Assembly: GCF_051307035.1 (NCBI RefSeq)
Contig: NZ_CP195536.1
Location: 2,220,001-2,252,000, forward strand
DNA: 32,000 bases
Origin: Psychrobacter sp. DM4
Lineage (GTDB): Bacteria; Pseudomonadota; Gammaproteobacteria; Pseudomonadales; Moraxellaceae
Reading direction: 5' to 3'
A program made the position numbers and the translations under genes. The notes under the pieces were generated by a model. That model had not been told where the DNA came from. It saw nothing but the letters and a program-made list of their open reading frames with translations, and did not search any database. This document shows positions 18,280-26,838 of the stretch, in pieces. Numbering within the stretch: the first letter of the stretch is position 1; every line of letters starts with the position of its first letter.

Positions 18280-19842
18280 CTAAAAGCGCTTTTTAAACCC
18301 TTTCGGTGCTTGGTTTTGCATCTCATCCATCTGCTTTTTGAGATCCTCAGCGCTTGGCATATTATTCGGATCCAGTCCCATTTGCTTCGCTAGCTGCGCC
18401 TGATTAACGTCTTTCATATCGCCGCCTTGCCCTTTCGCATTGCCCCCACCACCGAATAAAGGCCCGCCACCGCCGCCACCTGCGCCGCCGCCACCCATCA
18501 AACCTTGCATAGATTTCATCATTTTGCTGATGCCCTCAGGCTTGGAGATCATTTTCATCATCTTTGCCATCTGCTTGTGCTGCTTGAGCAGACGATTGAT
18601 ATCTTGAATCTCTTTTCCTGAGCCTGCCGCGATACGGCGTTTACGACTTGGGTTAATCTTGTCAGGGTTTTTACGCTCAAATGGGGTCATCGAATTGATC
18701 AAGGCCTCCATTTCACGTACCTTTTCTTCGGGCTTGGCATCTTCAACCGCTTTTTGCATGTCTGAGCCACCCATACCGGGCATTTTATCTAAGAAGCCTG
18801 CCATACCGCCCATGCTTTTCATTTGCTGAAACTGAGTCAAAAGGTCTTCGAGGTCAAAGTCGCCGCCTTTTTGCATCTTTTTCGCCATTTTTTCGGCTTT
18901 ATCACGGTCGATCTTTTGCTCAACTTCTTCGACGAGACTTAGGACATCACCCATACCAAGGATACGCTGGGCAATACGTTCAGGATGAAATAGTTCAAGC
19001 GCGTCTAACTGCTCGCCGCGACCCAAGAACTTAATCGGCTTACCCGTAATGGCACGTACTGATAATGCCGCGCCGCCGCGAGCATCACCGTCAGTCTTGG
19101 TTAAGATAACGCCTGTCAGAGGTAGTGCATCATTAAAGGCTTTGGCAGTATTGGCGGCATCTTGACCCGTCATGGCATCGACGACAAACAGCGTCTCAGA
19201 AGGATTGACCGCCGCAGTAAGCGCCTTAATCTCATCCATCATCATCTCATCAATAGCGAGACGACCGGCGGTATCGATGATCAGGATATCTTGATATTGA
19301 ATCTTGGCCTCTTCGATAGCGCGGCGAGCGATATCAATAGGGTTTTCATCCGTCGTTGAATTAACGAACTTTGCATTGACCTGCCCGGCAACTTGCTCAA
19401 GCTGCTTGATCGCGGCTGGGCGATAGACATCCGCTGAGACTAACATGACCTTTTTCTTTTGGCGCTCTTGTAGGTATTTAGCCAGTTTACCCGCCGTCGT
19501 GGTTTTACCCGCACCTTGCAAGCCAGCTAATAGATAGACGACTGGTGGCTTACCCGTCATCTCAAGCGCTTGATTGGCGCTGCCCATCATCTCAGTCAAC
19601 TCATCATGGACGATCTTAACAAAGGCTTGCCCAGGCGCTAACTCTTTGAGTACTTCTGCGCCGAGCGCTTGCTCTTTGACGCGTTTGACAAAATCACGAG
19701 CGACCGGTAGCGCAACATCTGCTTCTAATAGCGCCATACGCACTTCACGTAACGTATCTTTGATATTATCTTCGGTAAGCTGTCCTGTACCTGCGATATT
19801 GCGTAGGCTCGACGATAATCGTTCGGTTAAGGTATCAAACAT
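18280..19842 (-). CDS. ffh: Signal recognition particle protein Ffh, with an extended Gly-rich C-terminal tail
   Basis: N domain MFDTLTERLS, G domain GLQGAGKTTTAGKLA, DTAGR and TKTDGDARGG, and a Met-rich M domain. The total of 520 aa compares with about 453 aa in E. coli. Confidence 0.95.
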   Translation of the reverse strand: MFDTLTERLSSSLRNIAGTGQLTEDNIKDTLREVRMALLEADVALPVARDFVKRVKEQALGAEVLKELAPGQAFVKIVHDELTEMMGSANQALEMTGKPPVVYLLAGLQGAGKTTTAGKLAKYLQERQKKKVMLVSADVYRPAAIKQLEQVAGQVNAKFVNSTTDENPIDIARRAIEEAKIQYQDILIIDTAGRLAIDEMMMDEIKALTAAVNPSETLFVVDAMTGQDAANTAKAFNDALPLTGVILTKTDGDARGGAALSVRAITGKPIKFLGRGEQLDALELFHPERIAQRILGMGDVLSLVEEVEQKIDRDKAEKMAKKMQKGGDFDLEDLLTQFQQMKSMGGMAGFLDKMPGMGGSDMQKAVEDAKPEEKVREMEALINSMTPFERKNPDKINPSRKRRIAAGSGKEIQDINRLLKQHKQMAKMMKMISKPEGISKMMKSMQGLMGGGGAGGGGGGPLFGGGGNAKGQGGDMKDVNQAQLAKQMGLDPNNMPSAEDLKKQMDEMQNQAPKGFKKRF

Positions 19843-20175
19843 ATATAATTCTCAATTGGTAGTTAATTGTTATTTAGTATTGATTAGTATTCAATTTTTA
19901 TCTAACTAAGCACTCAGTGCTGTTGTCATGATGAGACTCAAAAAGTCAGTCATATAATGAAGATGATTCTCAATTCGCTTTCATTTTATGATAAATTAAA
20001 CCATTATTCTAATCATATCATTTTAGCGCTTACTTGGCAGTGATTCTATTTTACGCTATGTTTTTTAGAGCATTGATACGATCATAGCAGTCTGTCACGG
20101 CGCTAGGTTTAGACTTTGTTTAAATAGCGAATATTTTGTCATAAAACTGCTATTGATACTTACGAGGCACCATCT

Positions 20176-20967
20176 GTGTTACTTGCGTTTTTGATAGCTA
20201 GCATGGCTTATCTTGTGGTCAGTATATATATCGGCTGGTCACTCACGACCAATGAGCCTATACATAAAAGTGTTACTCTAGGCTTACTACTCATCGGTAT
20301 GCTGGCGCATATGCTGCTGTTATACCCTGATATCGTCACTTTATATGGCTTAAATTTTAATCTGTTTAATACCATAAGTTTGATCGCTCTATTATTCTTA
20401 CTCTTCTATACGCTGTTTTCTCTGTATCGACCTATCGTTAGCCTCGGAATTTTAGCCGCGCCTATCGCCTTTATTGGTGTTACAGTTGGCTACTTTGGAC
20501 GTGCACCCTATCGTCCCTTGACAGATATCGGTATCGGACTAGAAGCACATATTATACTCTCCTTTGCCGCTTACTGCGTGCTGTTCATGGCAGCGGTGCA
20601 AGCGCTATTCTTAAGATTACAAAATCGTGAGCTTAAGCATCAGACTATTCATCGCTTTTGGGTCAACAAGTTGCCCTCACTACAAACGATGGAAAGCCTG
20701 TTGTTCGATATGATTTTGGTGGGCTTTGTACTGCTGAGTCTCGCGCTTGGCATAGGTTTTATCTATGTCGAGGATCTTATGGTGCAGCATATCGCCCACA
20801 AGACTGTTTTTAGCGTACTGTCTTGGTTATTATTTGGCGGGCTACTCATTGGACACTGGCGCGCAGGTTGGCGCGGCAGACGCGCGGCAAATATTACGAT
20901 ATCGGCCTTTGTTTTATTAGCGATAGGTTTTGTAGGTAGCAAGTTTGTACTAGAGTTGGTGTTATAG
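20176..20967 (+). CDS. ypjD: Cytochrome c assembly family inner-membrane protein YpjD
   Basis: Polytopic 263-aa protein, the same length as E. coli YpjD and likewise divergent from ffh. It has a CcsA-like hydrophobic pattern and a GTG start. Confidence 0.8.
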   Translation: MLLAFLIASMAYLVVSIYIGWSLTTNEPIHKSVTLGLLLIGMLAHMLLLYPDIVTLYGLNFNLFNTISLIALLFLLFYTLFSLYRPIVSLGILAAPIAFIGVTVGYFGRAPYRPLTDIGIGLEAHIILSFAAYCVLFMAAVQALFLRLQNRELKHQTIHRFWVNKLPSLQTMESLLFDMILVGFVLLSLALGIGFIYVEDLMVQHIAHKTVFSVLSWLLFGGLLIGHWRAGWRGRRAANITISAFVLLAIGFVGSKFVLELVL

Positions 20968-21029
20968 ATCAAAATCAGCGTGTGGCGATTTTTTTATACT
21001 GAGCATCATGCAATACTTGTCATTCAAAC

Positions 21030-21884
21030 TTAGTTAAACACCACCGTCTTATTGCCTGTAACGATGATACGGTTCTGTACATGCCAGTTGACCGCGCGCG
21101 CCAGCACGTTGCGCTCGACATCGCGGCCAATCGCCCGCAACTCTTTGACGCCTTGTTTATGTGTAACGCGGTGCACATCTTGCTCAATGATTGGCCCTTG
21201 ATCCAATTCTGCCGTCACATAATGCGCGGTTGCGCCAATCAGCTTGACCCCTTTATCAAAGGCTTGCCTATAAGGGTCTGCGCCGACAAATGCTGGCAAG
21301 AACGAATGATGAATATTGATAACTTGCATCGGCCAGCGTTCGATAAAGTCTGATGATAATATTTGCATGTAACGCGCCAATACTAAAAGATCATTACCCG
21401 CCATCAACTCATGAATCTGCGTTTCGGCATCGCTCTTACTGTCTTTGGTCACCGGCACGTGATGAAAAGGAATACCAAAGTTCTCCACCGCTTGGCGCAA
21501 ATCCTGATGATTGCTGACAACAGACGTAATCTGACAATCGAGCAAGCCGCGCTGATGCCGCCACAATAGATCCAAGAGCGCATGATCAAACTTGGAGACC
21601 AAAATACCCACTCGGGTCTTAATCGCATTGTCATGCAAACGCCATATCATCTCATAGCGCTTGGCAACAGTATGAGCAAAACTTGCCTCAAAGTTATCGA
21701 TAATCTCACTCAATCCTGCTAAAGCAAACTCCAAACGCATAAAGTACTGTCCGCCTTCATGCGCGGTTGAATACTGATCAAGCGCAATGATATTACCGCT
21801 GTAACGATGAATAAACTCTGATACTGCTTGAACGATACCCGCTTGATCGCGGCATTTAATAAGTAGGGTTGCGGTGTCTGACAT
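21030..21884 (-). CDS. purU: Formyltetrahydrofolate deformylase PurU
   Basis: N-terminal ACT-like domain (LLIKCRDQAGIVQAVSEFI) and formyltransferase core (INIHHSFLPAFVGADPYRQA, GATAHYVTAELDQGPII). Confidence 0.95.
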   Translation of the reverse strand: MSDTATLLIKCRDQAGIVQAVSEFIHRYSGNIIALDQYSTAHEGGQYFMRLEFALAGLSEIIDNFEASFAHTVAKRYEMIWRLHDNAIKTRVGILVSKFDHALLDLLWRHQRGLLDCQITSVVSNHQDLRQAVENFGIPFHHVPVTKDSKSDAETQIHELMAGNDLLVLARYMQILSSDFIERWPMQVINIHHSFLPAFVGADPYRQAFDKGVKLIGATAHYVTAELDQGPIIEQDVHRVTHKQGVKELRAIGRDVERNVLARAVNWHVQNRIIVTGNKTVVFN

Positions 21885-21999
21885 AAGGTGTCCAATTCAA
21901 AGGTTAAAGCTATTAGTGAGTTAAGATTATTTGAGGTATAGCAGGTCGACTATCTTAGTTTGTTTTCAATGTTTTGATGGTTAAAACTCTGTACTCAAT

Positions 22000-22030
22000 A
22001 AAAAACCCCCAGTGTTAGCTGAGGGTTTCG
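22000..22030 (-). terminator. Rho-independent terminator of the large lipoprotein gene
   Basis: 10-bp stem with one mismatch: AAACCCCCAG (22003-22012) / CTGAGGGTTT (22019-22028). On the minus strand it is followed by TTTTTTATTG. It lies 16 nt after the stop. Confidence 0.7.
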
Positions 22031-22045
22031 TTTTAAAAAACAATA

Positions 22046-24490
22046 TTATCTATCGTTACTACAAGTACTAAAGTCTATTCCAAATGGACTATTGAAGTTT
22101 GGACGCAGTGGTGGGTTACTATTGATATCAATATCATCTATTAACGCTGGGAAATCTATTACCCGAGCTTGTTGCGACTCACTACCATCGACACTAGTAT
22201 TGACAGTAATTTTTGCTTTGTACCATCTAGCGTACTCTTTAAAATAACGTACTGAAAAGTCAACTTTACCAGTATCATCAGTTACAAAATTAAAGTTCTG
22301 ACCAGAGCCAACTATTTGTCCATCATCGTCAATGACAGTTGTTATATTAACAGGGTCTAATTTTCCATTGTCATTAAAGTCTTCGCCAGCATCTAGAATT
22401 CCATTATTATTCTCATCTTCATTTTCGCAAGTGATTTCGTTCCGACCCCAAACTTTTTCACCTTGCAAATTAAAATCGACAAAGTAATAGCCCTTATCAT
22501 AGCTTTGAGGTATCAAATTGATAGTTACTGTCTGATTAACGGCAGGCTTACCAGTACTATTTAACACACTTATTGAACCCTTGCGAAAGTAGTACACATT
22601 ACGAGAGTCTACTGAGACTTTATCAGCAAAAGCAAAACTAATGAACGTTGATTTAGTCTGAACCGTGATTGCTGCATCTTTTATTAAAGATTCTCTTTGA
22701 CTCTCATCTACATCTTGTTCTGTACCATTTGGCAGTCTAATAGACTGAACTCGGGCTTCTATTTCTACACCATCAGTGCTGGTTGGATTCTGCCCTGCAT
22801 TGTAAGTAACGGTTGCTAGACCATTATTATTCGTATAACCAAAGCCTTGACTGAGACTCCCGCCAGAGGCATCTCTAACAGTGGTAAATTGTACAATAGC
22901 GTTCTTAACTGGAGCATCGTCTTTATCCAATACTCTAGCAATGACAGAGGTAGCGCCTCCCGTACTTAGCACTGCACGCTCAATCTGCAATATCAATTTA
23001 CTAGGCTCGATAGAGACATAATTCACCACCTCCTCTTTGCTATCACTGCCGTAGTCTGCTCTTACCGTTGCCGTACCAGGGACGTTTGATTCTGTATAGA
23101 AAACTAGCTGTCTATTGGTAACGGGCAATAAACGACGAGAGCTACCTTGCGCATCTGACTCATCAGGAGTTGCAAATATTTTACCTTTATTCGTTGAAAC
23201 CGCTACATTATCTCCATTAACCGCATTCGGCACACTAAGCACAATTTTCTGCTTGGTACCAACTATGATGTCATCAACCAATGAGAAGCCAATGTTAGAG
23301 CTACTTACTAAAGCTACTGTCTGAATATCAGGGATACGTTGTACGCTATTGGTACCACGTACTTCAACACTAAATATATACTGATTATCGACCGCTGTGA
23401 TACTAGAAGCATTTAGGTCAAAAACAAATCTACCCTCGGCATTAGTTCTTCCAACACCAGCTTCTATACCATTGCTATACAAGATTACATCAGCATTTGC
23501 CACTGAATTTGTGGCACCGTCTAAAATTCTTCCAGACACTCTGAAGTTATCCCCAGCTGAGACAGAACCCTTGGATGCTGTGACATCAGTAGCACGTGTT
23601 CCTGAGACTATAATTGGTAAGCTTTGCTCAACAATGCTGTTTTTGTTATCGTTGACGACGACAGTCAATAGACTTTCATGATTAAGTTGCGCGTCTATAC
23701 CAGTTTTCGTTTGAACCAAATTGACCTCAACCAAACCTTCATCGTTCGTTATCTGTCTAGAAGGACTATCCAAGGACAATCCGTATAAAGCTGCATCCGT
23801 GATACTGATAATCACAGGAACCCCTTCGACGATACCGCCTTGTTTATCTGTGACTCTAATACTGACCTGTGTTTCATCTTCACCTGTAAGTAGCTGGGTT
23901 TTATCAGAGGCGATAAAAACATCATACACATCTTGTTTTTGAAGCTCTGAGCTGTTGTTTGAACCCAATAGTGTGATAGATTGTGATGCATTACCAACAC
24001 TAGCTTCTACAGTTAAACCATCGCTTAAGAGATAATTTTTTTGAGCTGTAGTCAGTGCATTGGTAACCACTAATCTAACGACTGCTTTGCCATTTTCATC
24101 AGTGACAATACTAGACTGAGAATCGCTAAACACACCTGTTAAGTTAGGATTAGTTATTTTAAAAGTGACAGGTTGCTCAGCTAAATTGCCGTTGTTTTCA
24201 TCTAACACTAAAGCAGTTACTTCAACAGAAGATCCTTTGACAATATTGATACCGCTATAGTTCGATGATAGATATATCTCACTCGCTTGCGTACTAACAT
24301 CTTCTGATCCAGGATTACCAGTATTTGGATTATTTGGCGTTACTTGAATTAAACCCGTATCAGGCTTAGGTGCGATAGAATCTACAGTATCACCATCTCC
24401 ACCGCCGCCACATCCAGCCAAAGCAAGTGCTATGGTCAATGCTGTACATTGAAAAAGCTTAGAGGAATTGGTCAGTGAAGAGTAGGACAT
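22046..24490 (-). CDS. Large surface lipoprotein with repeated Ig-like (Big_1/invasin-like) domains and an acidic Ca-binding-like C-terminal region
   Basis: Lipobox TIALALAGCGGGG. There are at least four ~100-aa segments with the V.V.A.V.D..G.P..G..V.F pattern (for example VEVTALVLDENNGNLAEQPVTFKI, TQVSIRVTDKQGGIVEGVPVIISI and TSVIARVLDKDDAPVKNAIVQFTT). The C-terminal part contains CENEDENNNGILDAGEDFNDNGKLDP. I prefer the ATG at 24490 (GGAG SD, 6 nt spacer) over 24502. Confidence 0.8.
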   Translation of the reverse strand: MSYSSLTNSSKLFQCTALTIALALAGCGGGGDGDTVDSIAPKPDTGLIQVTPNNPNTGNPGSEDVSTQASEIYLSSNYSGINIVKGSSVEVTALVLDENNGNLAEQPVTFKITNPNLTGVFSDSQSSIVTDENGKAVVRLVVTNALTTAQKNYLLSDGLTVEASVGNASQSITLLGSNNSSELQKQDVYDVFIASDKTQLLTGEDETQVSIRVTDKQGGIVEGVPVIISITDAALYGLSLDSPSRQITNDEGLVEVNLVQTKTGIDAQLNHESLLTVVVNDNKNSIVEQSLPIIVSGTRATDVTASKGSVSAGDNFRVSGRILDGATNSVANADVILYSNGIEAGVGRTNAEGRFVFDLNASSITAVDNQYIFSVEVRGTNSVQRIPDIQTVALVSSSNIGFSLVDDIIVGTKQKIVLSVPNAVNGDNVAVSTNKGKIFATPDESDAQGSSRRLLPVTNRQLVFYTESNVPGTATVRADYGSDSKEEVVNYVSIEPSKLILQIERAVLSTGGATSVIARVLDKDDAPVKNAIVQFTTVRDASGGSLSQGFGYTNNNGLATVTYNAGQNPTSTDGVEIEARVQSIRLPNGTEQDVDESQRESLIKDAAITVQTKSTFISFAFADKVSVDSRNVYYFRKGSISVLNSTGKPAVNQTVTINLIPQSYDKGYYFVDFNLQGEKVWGRNEITCENEDENNNGILDAGEDFNDNGKLDPVNITTVIDDDGQIVGSGQNFNFVTDDTGKVDFSVRYFKEYARWYKAKITVNTSVDGSESQQARVIDFPALIDDIDINSNPPLRPNFNSPFGIDFSTCSNDR

Positions 24491-24754
24491 TTTTGACTCC
24501 ATATTAGAGGTAACTCGTTGTTTACAACATATAATAGCTGTTACACAGAACGAAGAAAGTGGTGAAAGTACATATATTTACAACCAGCGTACTAGTATTA
24601 ATATTTTGTATGAGTTTTATAACAGTAACTTTACTGACTTTTATATTAACTTACAACTGTTAATTAATTCTTATCCCAAAATAATCAATCACATAAGCTT
24701 GCGATTTTAGAGTATAATATGCCCCGTATACCGTAATTGATATGACAAAATAAT

Positions 24755-24783
24755 TTGAGTATCTGCTCATTTTGTGGTATAAA
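24755..24783 (+). promoter_or_regulatory. Candidate sigma70 promoter for rpmB-rpmG
   Basis: TTGAGT (24755-24760), 17-nt spacer, TATAAA (24778-24783) with an extended -10 TGg immediately upstream. This implies a leader of about 180 nt. Confidence 0.4.
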
Positions 24784-24968
24784 TGTCGGCTTTAAAATTT
24801 CTGAATTGATCGCTCTGTTATTTGCCTTTATGTAATAGAGATATCAGCTCAACCTTCATATAGATTCGTTTGGTACAAAACGACGACTGCTGTGTCCATG
24901 CCGCAAAAACGTCAACATGTCCAGACTGGTATGGGTATCCCTCATACCTCACAGATTAGGAGTTCCCC

Positions 24969-25205
24969 ATGGCTAGAGTTTGCCAAGTGACCGGAAAGCG
25001 CCCTATGGTGGGTAATAATGTTTCGCATGCAAACAACAAAACCCGTCGTCGCTTTTTACCAAACCTTCATAACCATCGTTTTTGGGTAGAATCTGAAAAC
25101 CGTTTTGTTCGTTTACGGGTATCGACCAAAGGTATGCGTACTATCGACAAACTAGGTATTGATAAAGTATTAGCAGACATGCGCGCACAAGGCCAAAAAG
25201 TTTAA
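24969..25205 (+). CDS. rpmB: 50S ribosomal protein L28
   Basis: [33 protein letters not shown] is near-identical to the canonical L28 N-terminus. AGGAG SD lies 6 nt upstream. Confidence 0.97.
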   Translation: MARVCQVTGKRPMVGNNVSHANNKTRRRFLPNLHNHRFWVESENRFVRLRVSTKGMRTIDKLGIDKVLADMRAQGQKV

Positions 25206-25258
25206 GTTTGACTTAAAATTAGGCCAAGTGCTCTGCCACCATTTAAAGGACCGTTGTC

Positions 25259-25414
25259 ATGAGAGATAAAATCAAGTTGGTATCCACTGCTGGTACTGGA
25301 TATTACTACACCACGACCAAGAACAAACGTACTATGCCTGGCAAAATGGAAATCAAAAAGTTTGATCCAAAGATTCGCCAGCACGTTATTTTTAAAGAAG
25401 CAAAAATTAAATAA
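25259..25414 (+). CDS. rpmG: 50S ribosomal protein L33 (51 aa; absent from the ORF track because it is under 60 aa)
   Basis: My own translation gives [51 protein letters not shown], ending at TAA 25412-25414. AAGGA SD lies upstream, and this is the canonical position after rpmB. It is the Cys-less (C-minus) form. Confidence 0.95.
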   Translation: MRDKIKLVSTAGTGYYYTTTKNKRTMPGKMEIKKFDPKIRQHVIFKEAKIK

Positions 25415-25443
25415 TTATCATTAACTACCGATGATTATTTATA

Positions 25444-25483
25444 CAAAAAAAGGGTTTATCATTCAATGATAAGCCCTTTTTTT
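25444..25483. terminator. Bidirectional rho-independent terminator (rpmBG and the convergent 103-aa gene)
   Basis: The sequence is AAAAAAA GGGTTTATCA-TTCAA-TGATAAGCCC TTTTTTT. It forms a 10-bp stem (one G-U pair) flanked by an A-run and a T-run. Confidence 0.85.
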
Positions 25484-25504
25484 ATGACTGGAGTGTCATA
25501 ACTA

Positions 25505-25816
25505 TTAACTATAATGCGTCGGTTCTTTGTCATAGACATGCGCGTGCCACTGGCTCATCTGTTTTTGCATGATGACCTGAATAGCTGCGTGTATCATATG
25601 CTGACCGATTGCTTGGGTATCACTCCCCAGTAGCTCTTTAAGCTTTTCTGAGAAATCTATAGTCATTAGCGGCGCTTCTTCTTTTTCAGTATCACGCAAT
25701 AATAGTTTGCCGTTATCGCCCTCTACTAGCTCCAAAGTCGTCTCTTTGGCAAAGCTATTAAATTGCTCACTACTGTCATGCTCTACTTCTATATCGTTAT
25801 CTATATCATATGGCAT
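25505..25816 (-). CDS. Acidic 103-aa cytoplasmic protein, function unknown
   Basis: AAGGA SD lies 9 nt upstream, and a TATAAT box occurs in the upstream spacer on the minus strand. The gene ends at the bidirectional terminator. I recognise no motif. Confidence 0.65.
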   Translation of the reverse strand: MPYDIDNDIEVEHDSSEQFNSFAKETTLELVEGDNGKLLLRDTEKEEAPLMTIDFSEKLKELLGSDTQAIGQHMIHAAIQVIMQKQMSQWHAHVYDKEPTHYS

Positions 25817-25961
25817 CTATTGGTATCCTTATTGTTTCCTCATGCGATAGTATTAATACAACGTTTTGATAGGCCGAGGAAAATCTATTATAGTCATACA
25901 ATGGACGCTTAGGTAACCGATTTCAAGAGGGGTCACACAAGTCTTATAAACCAGTAATACT

Positions 25962-26273
25962 TTAACGCCAGTAGCGCAGTTTAGCCAAAGTGAATAAAAA
26001 CGCGACAAACATCCCTAAGTAATAAGCCAGTTTTAGCTCAAAAGTAGGATCTCGGAACTTAAAAGGTAGAGCAACCGTTGCTGTCGCGGTTGGTAATATA
26101 ATAAGCATTAATAGCCAACTCTCAAGCACGCCAAGCCAACTTTGCACCCCTTCACCATGACTCAATGCGGATAGTCCCAATAACAAACAAGCGATAATCA
26201 GGGCAATAAACAAACCCTTAGGCAGGTCTTTGGGAAAGATAATATCGGTGATTTTAGTATTCTGTTTTTGCAT
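25962..26273 (-). CDS. Small three-span membrane protein (103 aa), function unknown
   Basis: Three hydrophobic spans (LFIALIIACLLLGLSAL, WLLMLIILPTATATVAL and YYLGMFVAFLFTLA). The SD is weak. Confidence 0.55.
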   Translation of the reverse strand: MQKQNTKITDIIFPKDLPKGLFIALIIACLLLGLSALSHGEGVQSWLGVLESWLLMLIILPTATATVALPFKFRDPTFELKLAYYLGMFVAFLFTLAKLRYWR

Positions 26274-26372
26274 GCAAGCATCCAGTCATGAAAACGCTCA
26301 TAACTTGTCGGTTAATATAATTTAAAGAGTAGATTAAGAGAATCAAAAGGATAGAGCATTCAGAATGGGATG

Positions 26373-26765
26373 TTAGCTGTAAGTGCCCATCAGCCATAGC
26401 ATAGACACGCAGGCCGTCAACCAACCTAGACTTAGTGCATTTCTAGTCTCGATATGCATACCTCTAACCTTGTTCATTATTCGTGAACCCAGCCAAAAAA
26501 GTAGAGGAATACCCAGCACAAAGGCTGGTACGATAACGCCTGCGTGACGGAGCACGTTACTAGGGTCATCGCCAATCATCAAGCGAAATCCATAACCTGC
26601 CAAACTCAACACCAGAGCAAAGACTGCTAGACCAATAGTGATGCCTTTAGGGACTAGGCTTCTAGACTCAGTGCCTTTAGAGGACTGGTTAGGCTGCACG
26701 CTCTGAGATAAGGTTAAGTCCTCACTCCGTATTTGCGAACTACCGACTGTGTTTTGCGTGTCCAT
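26373..26765 (-). CDS. Small three-span membrane protein (130 aa) with polar N-terminal tail, function unknown
   Basis: Strong SD (GAGGTG, 4 nt spacer). Spans are ITIGLAVFALVLSLAGYGF, VIVPAFVLGIPLLFWLG and LSLGWLTACVSMLWLMG. Confidence 0.7.
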   Translation of the reverse strand: MDTQNTVGSSQIRSEDLTLSQSVQPNQSSKGTESRSLVPKGITIGLAVFALVLSLAGYGFRLMIGDDPSNVLRHAGVIVPAFVLGIPLLFWLGSRIMNKVRGMHIETRNALSLGWLTACVSMLWLMGTYS

Positions 26766-26838
26766 ATATCACCTCTTGCTACCAAAGTTATGCTATGAGA
26801 AATAGGCGAGAGCCATATTATTACTATACCACTTATCG

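Noticed and set aside
19873-19892. Direct 10-bp repeat TTAGTATTGA / TTAGTATTCA immediately upstream of the ffh start.
   Set aside because: It is very short, AT-rich and imperfect. It is probably an A/T-rich UP-like or UTR sequence rather than a discrete element.
19574-19909. 111-aa ORF antisense to the 5' end of ffh, extending into the ffh-ypjD spacer.
   Set aside because: Its Ser/Thr/Ala-rich translation mirrors ffh codons, and it has no SD or motif. It is most likely a shadow ORF.
24521-24657. Three copies of TTACAAC (24522-28, 24578-84, 24651-57) upstream of the large lipoprotein gene, as a possible regulator-site array.
   Set aside because: It is only a 7-mer at irregular spacing (56 and 73 bp) in very AT-rich DNA. 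On the coding strand it reads GTTGTAA, so these are just -35-like hexamers. This is compatible with chance.
24898-24990. 30-codon upstream ORF ([30 protein letters not shown]) overlapping the rpmB start in another frame.
   Set aside because: No SD precedes its ATG, and it overlaps the hairpin/SD region of rpmB. It is more likely non-coding leader.
25202-25384. 60-aa minus-strand ORF covering the rpmB-rpmG junction.
   Set aside because: The plus strand here encodes an unmistakable L33 (rpmG) with an SD. The minus-strand ORF is its shadow.
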